A DNA stretch of 64,000 bases from Pirellulales bacterium (GCA_040901675.1 JBBDYJ010000031.1:153220-217219); one strand, 5' to 3'; shown: positions 39,077-49,801, counted from the first letter of the stretch. The notes: a model not told the origin generated them from the sequence alone. Translations and numbers: made by a program.

Positions 39077-40198
39077 CTAGCGCTCGAGATGGGCCCGGTT
39101 GCGCGACAGCGCCGACAGCATCGACGGGTCCGGCTCGGTGCCGATGCCCGGCTCGGTCGAGGCGGCGACCTGGGGTCCACCGCCGGCGGCGCGGACCAGC
39201 TCGATGGGTGGCCGAGCCAGGTCCTCCTGGTAGAACCGGCTCGTCGGAAAGATGTCGGCCGGGTAAGCGAAGTGGTCCAGCGTCGCCAGGGCGGTGGCGA
39301 TGCGGGCGCCGATCGCGCTTTCCAGCATGCCGCCGACCCAGCATCCGACGCCCGCCTCCCGGCACAGGTCGTGAATGGCGACGGCCGGCGTCAATCCGCC
39401 CACGCGGCCGGGCTTGATGTTGATCCAGCGGCAACTGCCCAGCTCGATGGCCTGCTCGGCCCTGAAGACCGAGCCGACGCTTTCGTCCAGGCAGACCGGC
39501 GTGCGGATGGCCGACTGCAGCCGTGCGTGGTCGACCAGGTCGTCGTGCGACAAGGGCTGCTCGATCATCGCCAGGTTGAAGTCGTCCAGCCGGCAGAACA
39601 TGTCGAACTGTTCCATCCGGTAGCCGCCGTTGCAGTCGATGTGGATCGTTTGCGTGGGGAACTCGTTGCGCACGGCCCGCAGCATGGCGATGTCCCAGCC
39701 GGGCCGGTACTTGAGCTTGATCCGCTGGAAACCATCCTGGACGGCCTGCCCCACGCCCTCGAGCAGTTGGCCGATCGAATCCATCACCCCGAAGTCGGCG
39801 CCGACGTCGATCGCGTCGCGCGTGGCGCCCAGCAGCCGGTGCAGCGGCTGCCCGCGCCGCCGCGCTTCGAGCACCCACCAGGCGGTGTCGAGGGCCGCTT
39901 TGGCAAACGGGTTGCCTTTGAAGTGGGCCAGTCGGGCCTGCAAGTCGTGGCCTGATTCGACCGATTGCCCGACCAGCGCCGGCGCCAGCCAATCGCGGAT
40001 GCAGACGAAGGCGCCGGCGGCGAATTCCGGACTATAGCAAGGGGCGGCCAGCGGGCTGGCTTCGCCCCAGCCCACCAGCTCGCCGCTGCGCATGCCGACG
40101 AGCAGCGACTCGACCGTTGCGTCTTCGCCGTAGGCGGTGCGCCACGGGCTCAACAAGGGCATCGCCACGTGATGAATCTCGATCGCGTCGATCCGCAT
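39077..40198 (-). CDS. menC: o-Succinylbenzoate synthase / N-acylamino acid racemase (enolase superfamily)
   Basis: KAALDTAWW, RIKLK, IDCNGGY, IEQPL, LDES, NIKPGRVGG, GGMLES. Confidence 0.85.
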   Translation of the reverse strand: MRIDAIEIHHVAMPLLSPWRTAYGEDATVESLLVGMRSGELVGWGEASPLAAPCYSPEFAAGAFVCIRDWLAPALVGQSVESGHDLQARLAHFKGNPFAKAALDTAWWVLEARRRGQPLHRLLGATRDAIDVGADFGVMDSIGQLLEGVGQAVQDGFQRIKLKYRPGWDIAMLRAVRNEFPTQTIHIDCNGGYRMEQFDMFCRLDDFNLAMIEQPLSHDDLVDHARLQSAIRTPVCLDESVGSVFRAEQAIELGSCRWINIKPGRVGGLTPAVAIHDLCREAGVGCWVGGMLESAIGARIATALATLDHFAYPADIFPTSRFYQEDLARPPIELVRAAGGGPQVAASTEPGIGTEPDPSMLSALSRNRAHLER

Positions 40199-40206
40199 AA
40201 GCCGGC

Positions 40207-41265
40207 TCACTTCGGGTCGGTGGGGGGAGTTGCCAGGGCCTGTTCGAGAAAGGCGGCCTGCAGTGGGGTGAGCTGGTCGATCGCCTGGCGCTCGACCAGC
40301 GTGGTGGCATCCACTAGCGCGGCGGGGCGCCTGCCCTGCTCGTCCGCCGCTTCGGCGGCGAAGGTCACGCCAAGCAACGAGGCTCCGGCCAGGTTCGCAT
40401 GGCGCAGGTCGGCTCCCATAAAGTTGGCGCCTTCGACATCGGCGCCGGCCAGCGAAGCACTGCGCAGGTCGGCCCCTTCGAAATGGGCGTTCGATAAGTT
40501 GGCTCCCTCGAAGCACGCTCCGCGCAGCCGGCAGCCGCGAAAATCGGCGTCGCGGAGCTTTGTCCCACGGGCATCCAGCCGTTCCAGGTCGTGGCCGCGG
40601 GCGTCGATGCTTCGCAGGTCTTTCCCGGCGAAATCTCGTTCGCCCAGCGCTTTGGCCATTTGGAGCTTGTTGAGACCGGGAGCCATGTAGCGCTGTTCGC
40701 GCCAGGGGTCCGCCCTGTTGTGGTATCCGGCAGCGCTTTCCCAATAGCCGAGCCGATCGGATTCGAGCAGCTCGATGCGCTCCAGCCATTTCAGGCTCTT
40801 GTAAAAATAGCGGCCGGGCACCACCATCCGCACCGGTCCGCCATGCAGCTCGCTCAAGGGCTTTCCTTCGGCCTCGAGCGCCACCAGCGCGCCTAGTTCG
40901 AGCGCCTCGGCCAGCGGCAGCGACGTGCTGTGGCCGCGGCTGCTGCGGGCGACGAACGAAACGAACCCGGCCGAGGGCAGCGGCGTCAGCGGCGCCAACA
41001 AGGCAGCCAGCGAAACCCCGCGGAACGGCACTGCCAGCTTCGACCAGCGCGTCACGCAGTGAATGTCGATGCACGCTTCGAGCTGCGGCATCTCGCCCAG
41101 TTCGTCGAGGGTGAACTGGCGCGGTGCGGCCAGCAGCCCTTCGGCGGCGACGGTCCAGCGTGCTGGACTGGGGTGCGACGGTTCACGCTCGCCGACGAGC
41201 GGCCACTTGCCGCGGGCCACGAGCTGCTGACCGGCAGGGAGCTGGATGTCGAGAGGATGAGGCAT
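40207..41265 (-). CDS. Molybdopterin-dependent oxidoreductase (sulfite oxidase family) fused to pentapeptide repeats
   Basis: DIHCVTRWS, HGGPVRMVVPGRYFYKSLKWL, GYWE; then A(D/N)(L/F)xx repeats. Confidence 0.88.
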   Translation of the reverse strand: MPHPLDIQLPAGQQLVARGKWPLVGEREPSHPSPARWTVAAEGLLAAPRQFTLDELGEMPQLEACIDIHCVTRWSKLAVPFRGVSLAALLAPLTPLPSAGFVSFVARSSRGHSTSLPLAEALELGALVALEAEGKPLSELHGGPVRMVVPGRYFYKSLKWLERIELLESDRLGYWESAAGYHNRADPWREQRYMAPGLNKLQMAKALGERDFAGKDLRSIDARGHDLERLDARGTKLRDADFRGCRLRGACFEGANLSNAHFEGADLRSASLAGADVEGANFMGADLRHANLAGASLLGVTFAAEAADEQGRRPAALVDATTLVERQAIDQLTPLQAAFLEQALATPPTDPK

Positions 41266-41349
41266 GCTGACATTCACTGGGCGGTTGCGACGATTATAAC
41301 CCGGGCTACCATGGAAGTTCGGCTCGTTCAAGGCCACGAGGAAGCGCGC

Positions 41350-41919
41350 ATGGCGTCGATCCAGTTTGGCTGCCCCCTCTGCGGAGCCATCGCCCAGATC
41401 GACGGTTCGATGGCCGGCCGACAGACCAACTGCCCCGGATGCGGCGCCGGCGTGCTCGTGCCCGCCGCCGGACAATCGGCGGCCGCCGGCCCGCCTCCCA
41501 TCATCGAACGGCCGCCGCGGCCCGGCCGTCCTCTGCCGCCGGCGCCACCGGGTACGATGGCCGGACAACCGCCGCTGGTCTCAGGGCCTCCCCCCGTGGC
41601 AGTCAGCCGGCCTCCGCCTGCCGCCGGCCCACCGCCTGCGATCGAGCCGCCGCCTGCCGTCGAGCCGGAAGGTGCCGATGTGCCAACCGCGCCCGGCCGG
41701 CTACCCGATCCAGCAGCCGCCCCGGGCACACCGGCGCCGGAGGAGCCTGCGGACGGCTCTTCCCGCCGCACTCAGTCGCCCGCGCATCCCGGTGCGGTGC
41801 GCAGGCTCACGCCTGAAGAACGGGCGCTGCGGCGTTTCCGCCGTAACATCGTGATGGCCTCGCTGGGCTTGGCCATTCTGATGATCGCGTTGGCCGTGCT
41901 GCTGCGCTTGAGCGGATAA
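41350..41919 (+). CDS. Zn-ribbon, Pro-rich, C-terminally anchored membrane protein
   Basis: CPLC..CPGC; Pro-rich linker; RRFRRN followed by a TM helix. Confidence 0.75.
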   Translation: MASIQFGCPLCGAIAQIDGSMAGRQTNCPGCGAGVLVPAAGQSAAAGPPPIIERPPRPGRPLPPAPPGTMAGQPPLVSGPPPVAVSRPPPAAGPPPAIEPPPAVEPEGADVPTAPGRLPDPAAAPGTPAPEEPADGSSRRTQSPAHPGAVRRLTPEERALRRFRRNIVMASLGLAILMIALAVLLRLSG

Positions 41920-42031
41920 TTTGCGAAGCACACTGGGGCACGCTACGACTCGACTGAGCTCGCCGAAGTCCGCTTTGCCCCAGCCACCCGGGGACCGGCA
42001 CTCGGGGTCCTGTTGTCTTCACTGTCCCTGG

Positions 42032-43705
42032 TTAGGACCAGCGCGGCTCGAGCTCGTCGTTCTTCTTGGGGCCGCGGCCGGAAATGGCGCGGATATCGTC
42101 CCTGACGCGGAAAAAGGCCTCCACCACGCGCGGATCCCACTGTTGGCCGGCGCCGGCCCGAATGATGGCGTCGAGCTTGAAGTCTTCCATCCCGGCCCGG
42201 TAGGGCCGGTCGCTGGCCATCGCGTCGTAAGCGTCGGCGACCGCCACGATCCGCGCCAGGTAGGGAATGTTCTCGCCGGCCAGCCCGTAGGGATAGCCGC
42301 GGCCATCGTACGACTCGTGGTGGTGCAGCACCACGGGGAGCATGTGAGCCAGCTTGCGGACGTCGACCAGGATGCGGTAGCCGATCTCGACGTGCGTCTT
42401 GATGTGCTCGAACTCCGCATCGGTCAGCTTGCCCGGCTTGCGGAGCACTTCGTCGTTGATGCCGATCTTGCCGATGTCGTGCAAGAGGCCGCTGAAATAA
42501 AGGGTCTTGAGCGTCTCGGCGTCGCAGCCTAAATCCTGGGCCAACCGCACCGCCACGCGTGCCACGCGATCGCTATGGCCGCGGGTATAAGGGTCCTTGG
42601 CGTCGATGGCCGAGGTCATGGCCCGCACGAGGCCGGTGAGCAGCTCGGCCTGCTGGCGGTACAGGTCGATGTTGCCGCTGTGAATGCCGAGCATCGTGCC
42701 GACGGAGCTCAGCAGGCTGGCCTCGGCGGTGCCGAACTCGGCGGCGTGCACCTGGTTGAAGGCGGCCAGCCATCCGAACAGCCGGTCGCCTTCGGCCACC
42801 GGCACGATGACCAGCTCGCGGACGGCGGGCGTGGCCCAGCCCGGCTCGGCGGTCGCCGAGCGGTTGATGACCAAGGGGCGGCTGGAGGGGCTGAGTCCCA
42901 AATGCTCGACGAGTTGGCTGAACTGCTCAATGGCCAGGGGGCAGCTTCCGTGCGTCAGCAGCACCGGCTCCTTGCGCGAGTCGGACGTGAGCAAGTCGGG
43001 TTCGGAATTGGCGATGAACTGAAGCGCCAGCCCTTCGGCCGGTACGACCTCGGCCAGCCATGCCAGGGCGCGTTGGCCCAGTTCTTCGTCGTTGCTGGAG
43101 AGCTTGAGATTCTGCGTCAGCCGGTAGAGGAGGCTGATTTCTTCATACGTGGTGCCGAGGTGGACCGAGAGCTGCTCCACCTCCTGCCCGAGCTGTTCGA
43201 TCGTCTGGTCGGCGGCGAGCTTGGCAGCGGCCAGCGGTGCGATCCGGCGGAGGGTGTCGGCCGACAACGGCGTCTGGCGAGCGGCCCAATGCTGTGCCTG
43301 CGGCGGCTGCATGCCGCTTGCTTCGGCCAGGCGGTCGAGATCGTCGGTTCCGGCCGGGCGCGTGATAAAGCAGCCCACGGCGACCAGGCACTCTTCCAGC
43401 TTCCCCACCAGGGGAATGGCCAGGGCCAGCCAGGGATCGTTGTCCTCGATGAATTCGGGCCGTCCGCGGCGGGCCACCTCACGGCAAAGCTCGGACCGCA
43501 CGGCCCAGTTGGCCGGCGCGTGATCGGGTGCCACGTGCAGTAGCTCGCCGGTCAAGCCGTCGACCAGCGAGAACTCACTCCCGAACCATTGGGTCAGACC
43601 GGCAACGGTGCGTTGAATGCGGCCGGGCTGGCGGTCGATATCGGCAGCCAGCCGGGCAGAAGCTGGCGCGATTGGTATCGAACCCACGGAAGCGCTGGAA
43701 GGCAT
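42032..43705 (-). CDS. GAF + HD-GYP c-di-GMP phosphodiesterase (start uncertain)
   Basis: DAKDPYTRGHSDRV, LLHDIGKIG, HHHESYDGRGYPYGL, AVADAYDAM. Confidence 0.9.
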   Translation of the reverse strand: MPSSASVGSIPIAPASARLAADIDRQPGRIQRTVAGLTQWFGSEFSLVDGLTGELLHVAPDHAPANWAVRSELCREVARRGRPEFIEDNDPWLALAIPLVGKLEECLVAVGCFITRPAGTDDLDRLAEASGMQPPQAQHWAARQTPLSADTLRRIAPLAAAKLAADQTIEQLGQEVEQLSVHLGTTYEEISLLYRLTQNLKLSSNDEELGQRALAWLAEVVPAEGLALQFIANSEPDLLTSDSRKEPVLLTHGSCPLAIEQFSQLVEHLGLSPSSRPLVINRSATAEPGWATPAVRELVIVPVAEGDRLFGWLAAFNQVHAAEFGTAEASLLSSVGTMLGIHSGNIDLYRQQAELLTGLVRAMTSAIDAKDPYTRGHSDRVARVAVRLAQDLGCDAETLKTLYFSGLLHDIGKIGINDEVLRKPGKLTDAEFEHIKTHVEIGYRILVDVRKLAHMLPVVLHHHESYDGRGYPYGLAGENIPYLARIVAVADAYDAMASDRPYRAGMEDFKLDAIIRAGAGQQWDPRVVEAFFRVRDDIRAISGRGPKKNDELEPRWS

Positions 43706-43858
43706 GTCGCTTAACCGGCTCTGAAGCATGAGAAGCGTGGGAACGATATCCCTTGCCAACTCTAGGTCATCGGGCGCCGGGCTGCAAAAAGGCAGACGGC
43801 GCATGCGGCAGCGGTCCGCGCCGGTCGTAAGGGTCGTGAGGGGTAGGCAGCGGGCGTG

Positions 43859-44887
43859 CTAGCCGCGCTGCCGATTGCGATAGCGGGCACTGACTCGATC
43901 CAAGAGCGCGCGGTCGTCAGCCGATATCGCCTCGATCCCTCCCTGGTGCAAACGGGCCAGCACGTCGTCGACCCGCCGCTCTTCGTCGGCTTCGATCTGC
44001 TGCTGCCTTAACAGCCGCGTGGCACGCCGGGAATCGAGCCACTTTCGGACCGGCCCCGGGCCCCGCTTCCTCGGGGGCGCAAGCGTCTTTTCCAGGCTCG
44101 TATAGCCTTGCGAAAAGTCGTAGCCGAAGGGCGCGTCTTCGGGATCCTGTTCGTGCAACCGCTCTCCCTCGTGCTTGGCGCTGAAGAACAGAAAAATGCC
44201 GATCAGCATCAGCGGCGCCATGGCGTACGCCTGATGATCCTTGGGGATCAGCCACGGCAGCACGCACAGCCCCACCGCCGTCACCATCGCTACCCGCGCA
44301 ACCACCACCACGCTGGTGCGGTAGCCATACCTGAACCACAGCAACGAACGCAGCACGCGGCCGCCGTCCAGCGGGTAGGCCGGCAGCAGGTTCACCAGCA
44401 GCAGCATCCAGTTGATCCAGAACACCAGCTCGGCCGCAGCCCACACCGAAGTCTGATCGGTCCAGGGCGGGGCGAACGGATGGATAAGTCGCAGCAGGTC
44501 GGTCTGCGCGCCGAATAGCAGCAGCAGCGGCAACGTCAGCAGGCACACGGTAAAGTTGACCAAGGGGCCGGCCAACGAAGTGGCCAGCTCGTTGAACGGT
44601 TCGTGCGACACGTTGACCTGGGCCAGACCCCCCAGCGGCCAGATCAGCACCTGGTCGGCGGTTCCACCGACTTTCCAGGCCGCGTAGCAGTGGCCGAACT
44701 CATGGGCCAGCACACTGAGAAACAACACCCCTGGGATGAGCAGGGCGTCCCAGAGCAGGTCCCCGTCCTGGTCCCGCGTGCTGGAATGGATGGCCAGGAC
44801 CACGAACAGCAAGAAGAAGACGTGCAGCCGGACCTGGACGCCGGCCCAACGCCCTAACGATAGGTTCCAGCTCAGCAGGTCGCGCAT
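43859..44887 (-). CDS. Site-2 protease (M50 family)
   Basis: HEFGH, AGPLVN, NLLPAYPLDGGR. Confidence 0.93.
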   Translation of the reverse strand: MRDLLSWNLSLGRWAGVQVRLHVFFLLFVVLAIHSSTRDQDGDLLWDALLIPGVLFLSVLAHEFGHCYAAWKVGGTADQVLIWPLGGLAQVNVSHEPFNELATSLAGPLVNFTVCLLTLPLLLLFGAQTDLLRLIHPFAPPWTDQTSVWAAAELVFWINWMLLLVNLLPAYPLDGGRVLRSLLWFRYGYRTSVVVVARVAMVTAVGLCVLPWLIPKDHQAYAMAPLMLIGIFLFFSAKHEGERLHEQDPEDAPFGYDFSQGYTSLEKTLAPPRKRGPGPVRKWLDSRRATRLLRQQQIEADEERRVDDVLARLHQGGIEAISADDRALLDRVSARYRNRQRG

Positions 44888-45003
44888 GGCGCAAGCAGAC
44901 GGCCGGATAGCCGCTGGGAGGGTGCTTTGAGGATCACGTCGATGGGACTATCTTAACACCGGCCCTCCGGGCAGGCAATCAGATCGAACCCCCAAGGCGC
45001 GTC

Positions 45004-45525
45004 ATGCACGAACCGGAACTGCTGCTCGAAACGCCTCGCTTCCGGGTGCTGCGGCATTGGTACCGGACGAGCGATGGCGCCAGCCATTCGCGGGAAACCG
45101 TGGTGCACCCTGGCGCGGTGACGATTGTGCCCCTCTTGGGGGCCGACCGCGTCTGCCTGATCCGCAACTTCCGCCCCTCCGTGGGGCGGACGCTCGTGGA
45201 ACTGCCCGCCGGCACCCTGGAGCCGGCCGAGGATCCCGCCGCGGCTGCCCACCGCGAACTGCGGGAAGAAACGGGTTACCATGCCGGCACGATCGAGCTG
45301 TTGACCAGTTTCTACATGTCGCCTGGCATCCTCAGCGAACGGATGTTCGTCTTCCTGGCGACCGACCTGGCCGGCGGCCCCGCGCGGCTGGAATCGGGCG
45401 AGCAGATCGAGCCCTTGATTGTCGCCTGGCCGGAAGCGGTGGCCATGGCATTGGACGGCCGCATTGAGGATGCCAAGACGCTGGCCGCCTTGCTCTGGAT
45501 CGAGAGGAAGCGGCGCTCGACCTGA
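45004..45525 (+). CDS. NUDIX hydrolase (ADP-ribose pyrophosphatase-like)
   Basis: Nudix box ELPAGTLEPAEDPAAAAHRELREETG; SPG; DAKT. Confidence 0.93.
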   Translation: MHEPELLLETPRFRVLRHWYRTSDGASHSRETVVHPGAVTIVPLLGADRVCLIRNFRPSVGRTLVELPAGTLEPAEDPAAAAHRELREETGYHAGTIELLTSFYMSPGILSERMFVFLATDLAGGPARLESGEQIEPLIVAWPEAVAMALDGRIEDAKTLAALLWIERKRRST

Positions 45526-45564
45526 TGCGGCCGCCGCCGGATGACAACGCTCGCCCCTCGGCGA

Positions 45565-45744
45565 TCAGTTGCCCATGCCGGCCCCGATCAGGTTGTCTCG
45601 GATGCCGCCGTACATGCCGCCCGTCTGGGCGCCTACCGCTCCAATCGAACCGATCACCGCGATCAGGATCAGAGCGAGCATGACCGCGTATTCCACGGCG
45701 GTGGCGGCCTCGGAACCTTGCAGGAAACGTTTTATTGATTCCAT
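45565..45744 (-). CDS. Flp-family type IVb pilin
   Basis: RFLQGSEAATAVEYAVMLALI. Confidence 0.9.
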   Translation of the reverse strand: MESIKRFLQGSEAATAVEYAVMLALILIAVIGSIGAVGAQTGGMYGGIRDNLIGAGMGN

Positions 45745-45868
45745 GTTGGGCCTACCTTCCTGAAATCCCCAGCCCCCGTTACAGGTTGAAGAGAAAAGGT
45801 GTTTGAGCAAAAGTGTTTGAGCAAAAGTTGGTTTCGCACTGAAACCCTAGGTCACGCACCCCCGACTG

Positions 45869-46262
45869 TCAAATCGGCACTGAGGGCACTGAGGGCTTAA
45901 GTCGGGGCAGGTTCAAGCTTTCGTCGCCGATCCCGGGCGGTTGGGTCGAACGTAGGGGGCACCTGCCACCGCACGAGCCGGGAAGCCGCCGGGCCCTGCC
46001 ATGCCTCACCGGCACAACCGACACCGTCCGCACCAGCCCCTCGACCTGGAACGACTCTTCCGAGGCGGCCTGCATGCGCCCGTCGCTCAGGCGCCACAAG
46101 GCCAGCGGGACCCGCAGCGGCAGGACGGAGCCCTGGCCGGTCCATACCAGGGTGCGCGACAGCGGGGCGGGCGACTCTTCGCCCGACCAGATCAATACCT
46201 CCCCCGTGGCCGCCGGCACGAAGACGCAGTCGGTGGCGTCGATTGTCGCCGTCGAGGACGAC
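45869..46262 (-). pseudogene. Orphan 3' fragment of an unknown gene with frameshifts
   Basis: Protein-like frame TIDATDCVFVP..LVWTGQGS..VEGLVRT begins right after the RidA stop; it continues in other frames (ASRLVRWQVP, LRSTQPPGIG). Confidence 0.45.
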
Positions 46263-46724
46263 TCATTTCAGCTCGAGGATCACCTCGACTTCGACGGCGA
46301 TGTTGCCGGGCAACGAGCCCATTCCCACCGCGCTGCGGGCGCCTACGCCGTGCTCTTCGCCGAAGACGTCGGAGAATAGCTCGCTGAATCCATTGATGAC
46401 GGCCGGCTGCTGGGTGAAGTCGGGCGTCGCGTTGACCATTCCCAGGGTCTTGACCACCCGGCGGACGCGGTCGAGGTTGCCCAGGCTGGCGCGCAGCGAA
46501 GCCAGGATCGCCAACCCCGTCTGGCGCGCCGCGTCGTAGCCGCCCTTGAGATCCAAGTCGTGGCCGACCCGTCCCACGATCATCGTGCCGTCGGCCTTGA
46601 GCGGCCCGTGCCCCGACACGTAAGCCATGTTCCCCGAGACGACCACCGGCTTGTAGACGCCGGCCGGTTTGGGGGGCGGGGGAAGCTGCAGACCAAGTTC
46701 TTTCAGGCGGCCCTCGGCGCTCAT
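46263..46724 (-). CDS. RidA/YjgF-family protein
   Basis: YVSGHGP, VKTLGMVNA, VINGFSEL, ARSAVG..LP.NIAVEVE. Confidence 0.92.
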   Translation of the reverse strand: MSAEGRLKELGLQLPPPPKPAGVYKPVVVSGNMAYVSGHGPLKADGTMIVGRVGHDLDLKGGYDAARQTGLAILASLRASLGNLDRVRRVVKTLGMVNATPDFTQQPAVINGFSELFSDVFGEEHGVGARSAVGMGSLPGNIAVEVEVILELK

Positions 46725-46824
46725 GGACGGGCTCTCCGGAGTTGAGAAAACTACTGCCAATGAGCCGGCGATTTTAGTGGTCGACGCCGGGCGAGTCCAG
46801 CGGATTCGGATAGGAGTGGCCGGT

Positions 46825-47529
46825 TCACGGCTTTTGCGTTTCGACGCCGTACAGCTTCACGTCGTCCCAGTCGCCCGTATCGTCGAACGATCCCAGGCCG
46901 ACCCGGCCCCAGGTGAACGTCTTGTCGCGGGCGGTCATGACGGGAGTCTCCATGTCGTCGAAGTAGACGGCGATCGTCCCGTCGTCGACGCGCCGCACCA
47001 GCTTGACACGATGCCACTCGTCGTCCCAATCGGTGCCGGAGGAAGTCTTGATCGAGATCTTCCTGCGCGGCGCGCCGTTGACGATGAAGACCTGGTTGGC
47101 ATGGTCGTCGGTCTGCTTGCCCAGGTGCACGTAGTAGAAGTGCGACGGGTCCTGAAAGCCGAAGAACAAGCACATGTCGCGATGGCCATAGTCCTTCACC
47201 GTGCTGCGGAGCCGGGCCTCCAGCACCAGGTCGCCCAGGTGCAGATCGCGCACCAGGCTGAAGTTGAGCGGACTGCGCACCGGCGGCTGGTAGTCGCTTT
47301 GCTTGAACTGGCTGTACACCTTGCCCGCCTCCGATTCCACCACCTTCCAGGCCCGCTCGTCGCTGGGCTGCCAGCGCTGGGCGCCCTGCTCGAAATCGTC
47401 TTCGAACACCAGGGGATAATCGGCCTTGTCTTCTCGCGCGGCGCCAGGCCCCACCAGCAGCAGGGCCAGCAGGGCCGCCGCGAGCCCGCGCTGCCGGATC
47501 CGGCCATTTGTTCTCAATTCATCGCTCAT
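46825..47529 (-). CDS. Secreted concanavalin A-like (DUF1080-related) protein
   Basis: Signal peptide; [32 protein letters not shown]. Confidence 0.75.
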   Translation of the reverse strand: MSDELRTNGRIRQRGLAAALLALLLVGPGAAREDKADYPLVFEDDFEQGAQRWQPSDERAWKVVESEAGKVYSQFKQSDYQPPVRSPLNFSLVRDLHLGDLVLEARLRSTVKDYGHRDMCLFFGFQDPSHFYYVHLGKQTDDHANQVFIVNGAPRRKISIKTSSGTDWDDEWHRVKLVRRVDDGTIAVYFDDMETPVMTARDKTFTWGRVGLGSFDDTGDWDDVKLYGVETQKP

Positions 47530-47950
47530 CTTTGTGGATTCCCCCTTCTGCCGTCGCCTGCCTCCCGTACACTTCGGCCGGATCGAACACCCGCTCGGCG
47601 ATGGTCTTTAGTCCTCCCCCGCTCACCTGGCGGAAGAAGCAACTGCGATAACCCTGGTGACAGGCGGCACCGCCTCGCTGGTGGACTTTGAGCAGGATGG
47701 TGTCGCCGTCGCAGTCGACGAAGACGGCCCGCACCTCCTGGACGTGCCCGCTCTGTGCCCCCTTGCGCCAGGCCGCCTTGCGGCTGCGGCTGTAATAGAC
47801 CGCCTGGCCGCTGGCGAGAGTCTCGGCGTAGGTCTCGGCGTTCATGTAGGCCAGCATCAGCACTTCGCCCGTTTCGGCGTCCTGCGCGATTACGGGCACC
47901 AGCCCGTCGCCCTTGGAAAAATCGGGAATGTTCGCCCGTATATCCGACAT
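47519..47950 (-). CDS. hisI: Phosphoribosyl-AMP cyclohydrolase
   Basis: [39 protein letters not shown]. Confidence 0.95.
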   Translation of the reverse strand: MSDIRANIPDFSKGDGLVPVIAQDAETGEVLMLAYMNAETYAETLASGQAVYYSRSRKAAWRKGAQSGHVQEVRAVFVDCDGDTILLKVHQRGGAACHQGYRSCFFRQVSGGGLKTIAERVFDPAEVYGRQATAEGGIHKDER

Positions 47951-48245
47951 AGTCGCCGCACTCCGCCGCGTGGACCGTGGGGTAAACAATTTCGACAATA
48001 AGCCCGCGGCCTATCCGGCCGCAAGCCGATTTTGGCTTTTCAAGATTGCGGCAGCGCCACCGGGCACCCTGCACCGCCGCCCTCGACCCTTACGACCCTC
48101 CGCTCCGGCACATGCGGCGCCAATGGCTTGTCTGGCGGATGGCTCTAGTTCCGGCGGCCGGCCTCCGATGCTCAAGAAAAGGCGAGCGGCCCGGGCACTG
48201 GGCCTCCGCGCCGCGCTGGCTCGTCCGGTCCGAGGGTAGTCGCTC

Positions 48246-48908
48246 TTGAAACGCTCGCTCAGTGTCTTCTTGCCGGTATTCAATGGCCAGGCATGGCTCG
48301 CCAGGTTGGTCTGCGACCTGGTCGAGGTCGTGCCGGAGCTGACGCCCCGCTTCGACGTGGTGATGATCGACGACGCCTCGACCGATGCCACCTCGGAGGT
48401 CGCCTACGAGTTGGCCCTCAAATACCCGCAGGTGCACCTGGTCGTCCACCCCAGCCGCTGGGGCCGGCATGCCTCCATGCGAACCGGCCTGCTGCACAGC
48501 TCGGGCGAGATCGTGCTGTTCCGCGAAGCCGACGGAGCAGCCGGGCTCACCGGTCTTTCACAGCTTTGGCAATCGATCAGGGGGCACGACCTGGTGGTGA
48601 GTTATTCCGCCGCCGCCCTGGGCCGCATTCCAGCCTACCCCGGCAGTACGATTGCATCTGCCGCCGCGCGGCGCCCGGCCCTTCAGATAATCCGCCGCCG
48701 GGCATTGGAGGCCTGGCGACGGCTCGCCTCCGACGAGGACTGGTGCCGCTACTTCAACCGCGCCGGCTTCCGCTGCCTGCAGCTCGAAGCGGCACCGCCA
48801 TCCGGGCCTTCGCGGCTGCCTGGCCGACCGGCCGCGGTGGATCCGCCGTCGCGTCCCAAGCGTCCCAACTATCTTCAGCGCCTCAAGGCATTCACCTGGG
48901 GCGAATAG
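48246..48908 (+). CDS. Divergent GT2-family glycosyltransferase
   Basis: LSVFLPVFN, IDDASTDAT; DxD degenerate (EADG). Confidence 0.75.
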   Translation: MKRSLSVFLPVFNGQAWLARLVCDLVEVVPELTPRFDVVMIDDASTDATSEVAYELALKYPQVHLVVHPSRWGRHASMRTGLLHSSGEIVLFREADGAAGLTGLSQLWQSIRGHDLVVSYSAAALGRIPAYPGSTIASAAARRPALQIIRRRALEAWRRLASDEDWCRYFNRAGFRCLQLEAAPPSGPSRLPGRPAAVDPPSRPKRPNYLQRLKAFTWGE

Positions 48909-48937
48909 CCCTTGCGGGAAACGTCAAGCCCTGACTC

Positions 48938-49717
48938 TCATCCGGCATCGTGTACGAGCACGCCGGAGTAGTAGTACTTGTAGCCGGCCGGCGTCTCGAG
49001 CACCAAGGCTCCGTCGGGCGCGATGCCGCGGCAGATGCCTCGCACATCCTGGCTGCCGCTGCGCAGGCAGAGCGGCCGGCCATGCTGCAGGCAGAGCTGG
49101 TCGGCACGCCGGCCGAGCGACTCGGGATTGGCGGCCAATTGGCCTAGGGCCGACTCGAGGTGCCATAGCAAGGCGGCCAGCACCTCGGTCCGGTCCTGCA
49201 CGCTGCCGGTCAATTCAGCCAGAGTCGTGGCCGTTTCGGCCAGCTCCGGCGGCGCTTCGGCCAGCGCATTGTTCACGTTCAAGCCAATGCCAAGGATCTG
49301 GCGGCCGTCAGGCAACCCTTCCACCAGCACGCCGGCCAGCTTACGTCCGGCCACGAACACGTCGTTAGGCCAGTGCAGGCCCACCTGGCGCCCGGCCAAA
49401 GATTTAGCCACGGCATCGACAATCGCCACGGCGGCGGCCAGGGGAATCATCGCCTGGTACCGGGGGACAATGCCAGGTTCCTGCGGGTCGAACAGCAGCG
49501 TGCAGGCCAGGCCGCCGTCGCCGGTCCACCACCGGTTTTGCCCTCGGCCCCGGCCGGCGGTCTGCCGCTGGGCGACGATCAGGATCGGCAGCTCCGGCTC
49601 CCCCTCCAGGGCAATGGCCCGGGCGCGGTCGTTGGTCGAGGTCAGCGAATCGTGGTATTCGATGCTCCGGATCCAGCTTTGCCCGCGGAGCCGTTCAATA
49701 TCCAGCGAATCCGACAT
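48938..49717 (-). CDS. birA: Biotin-[acetyl-CoA-carboxylase] ligase
   Basis: STND, QTAGRGRG, WPND, KLAGVLVE, GIGLN. Confidence 0.95.
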   Translation of the reverse strand: MSDSLDIERLRGQSWIRSIEYHDSLTSTNDRARAIALEGEPELPILIVAQRQTAGRGRGQNRWWTGDGGLACTLLFDPQEPGIVPRYQAMIPLAAAVAIVDAVAKSLAGRQVGLHWPNDVFVAGRKLAGVLVEGLPDGRQILGIGLNVNNALAEAPPELAETATTLAELTGSVQDRTEVLAALLWHLESALGQLAANPESLGRRADQLCLQHGRPLCLRSGSQDVRGICRGIAPDGALVLETPAGYKYYYSGVLVHDAG

Positions 49718-49801
49718 GCGGTGCTATCGTACCCCGACGCCGTTCAAAGGCAACCGGCCTTGACGCCAGCCCGGGCGGCTGTTATTGAACGCGGGCCTCT
49801 A

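Noticed and set aside
45780..45870. c-di-GMP riboswitch upstream of flp
   Set aside because: No recognisable c-di-GMP-I or -II consensus on the coding strand
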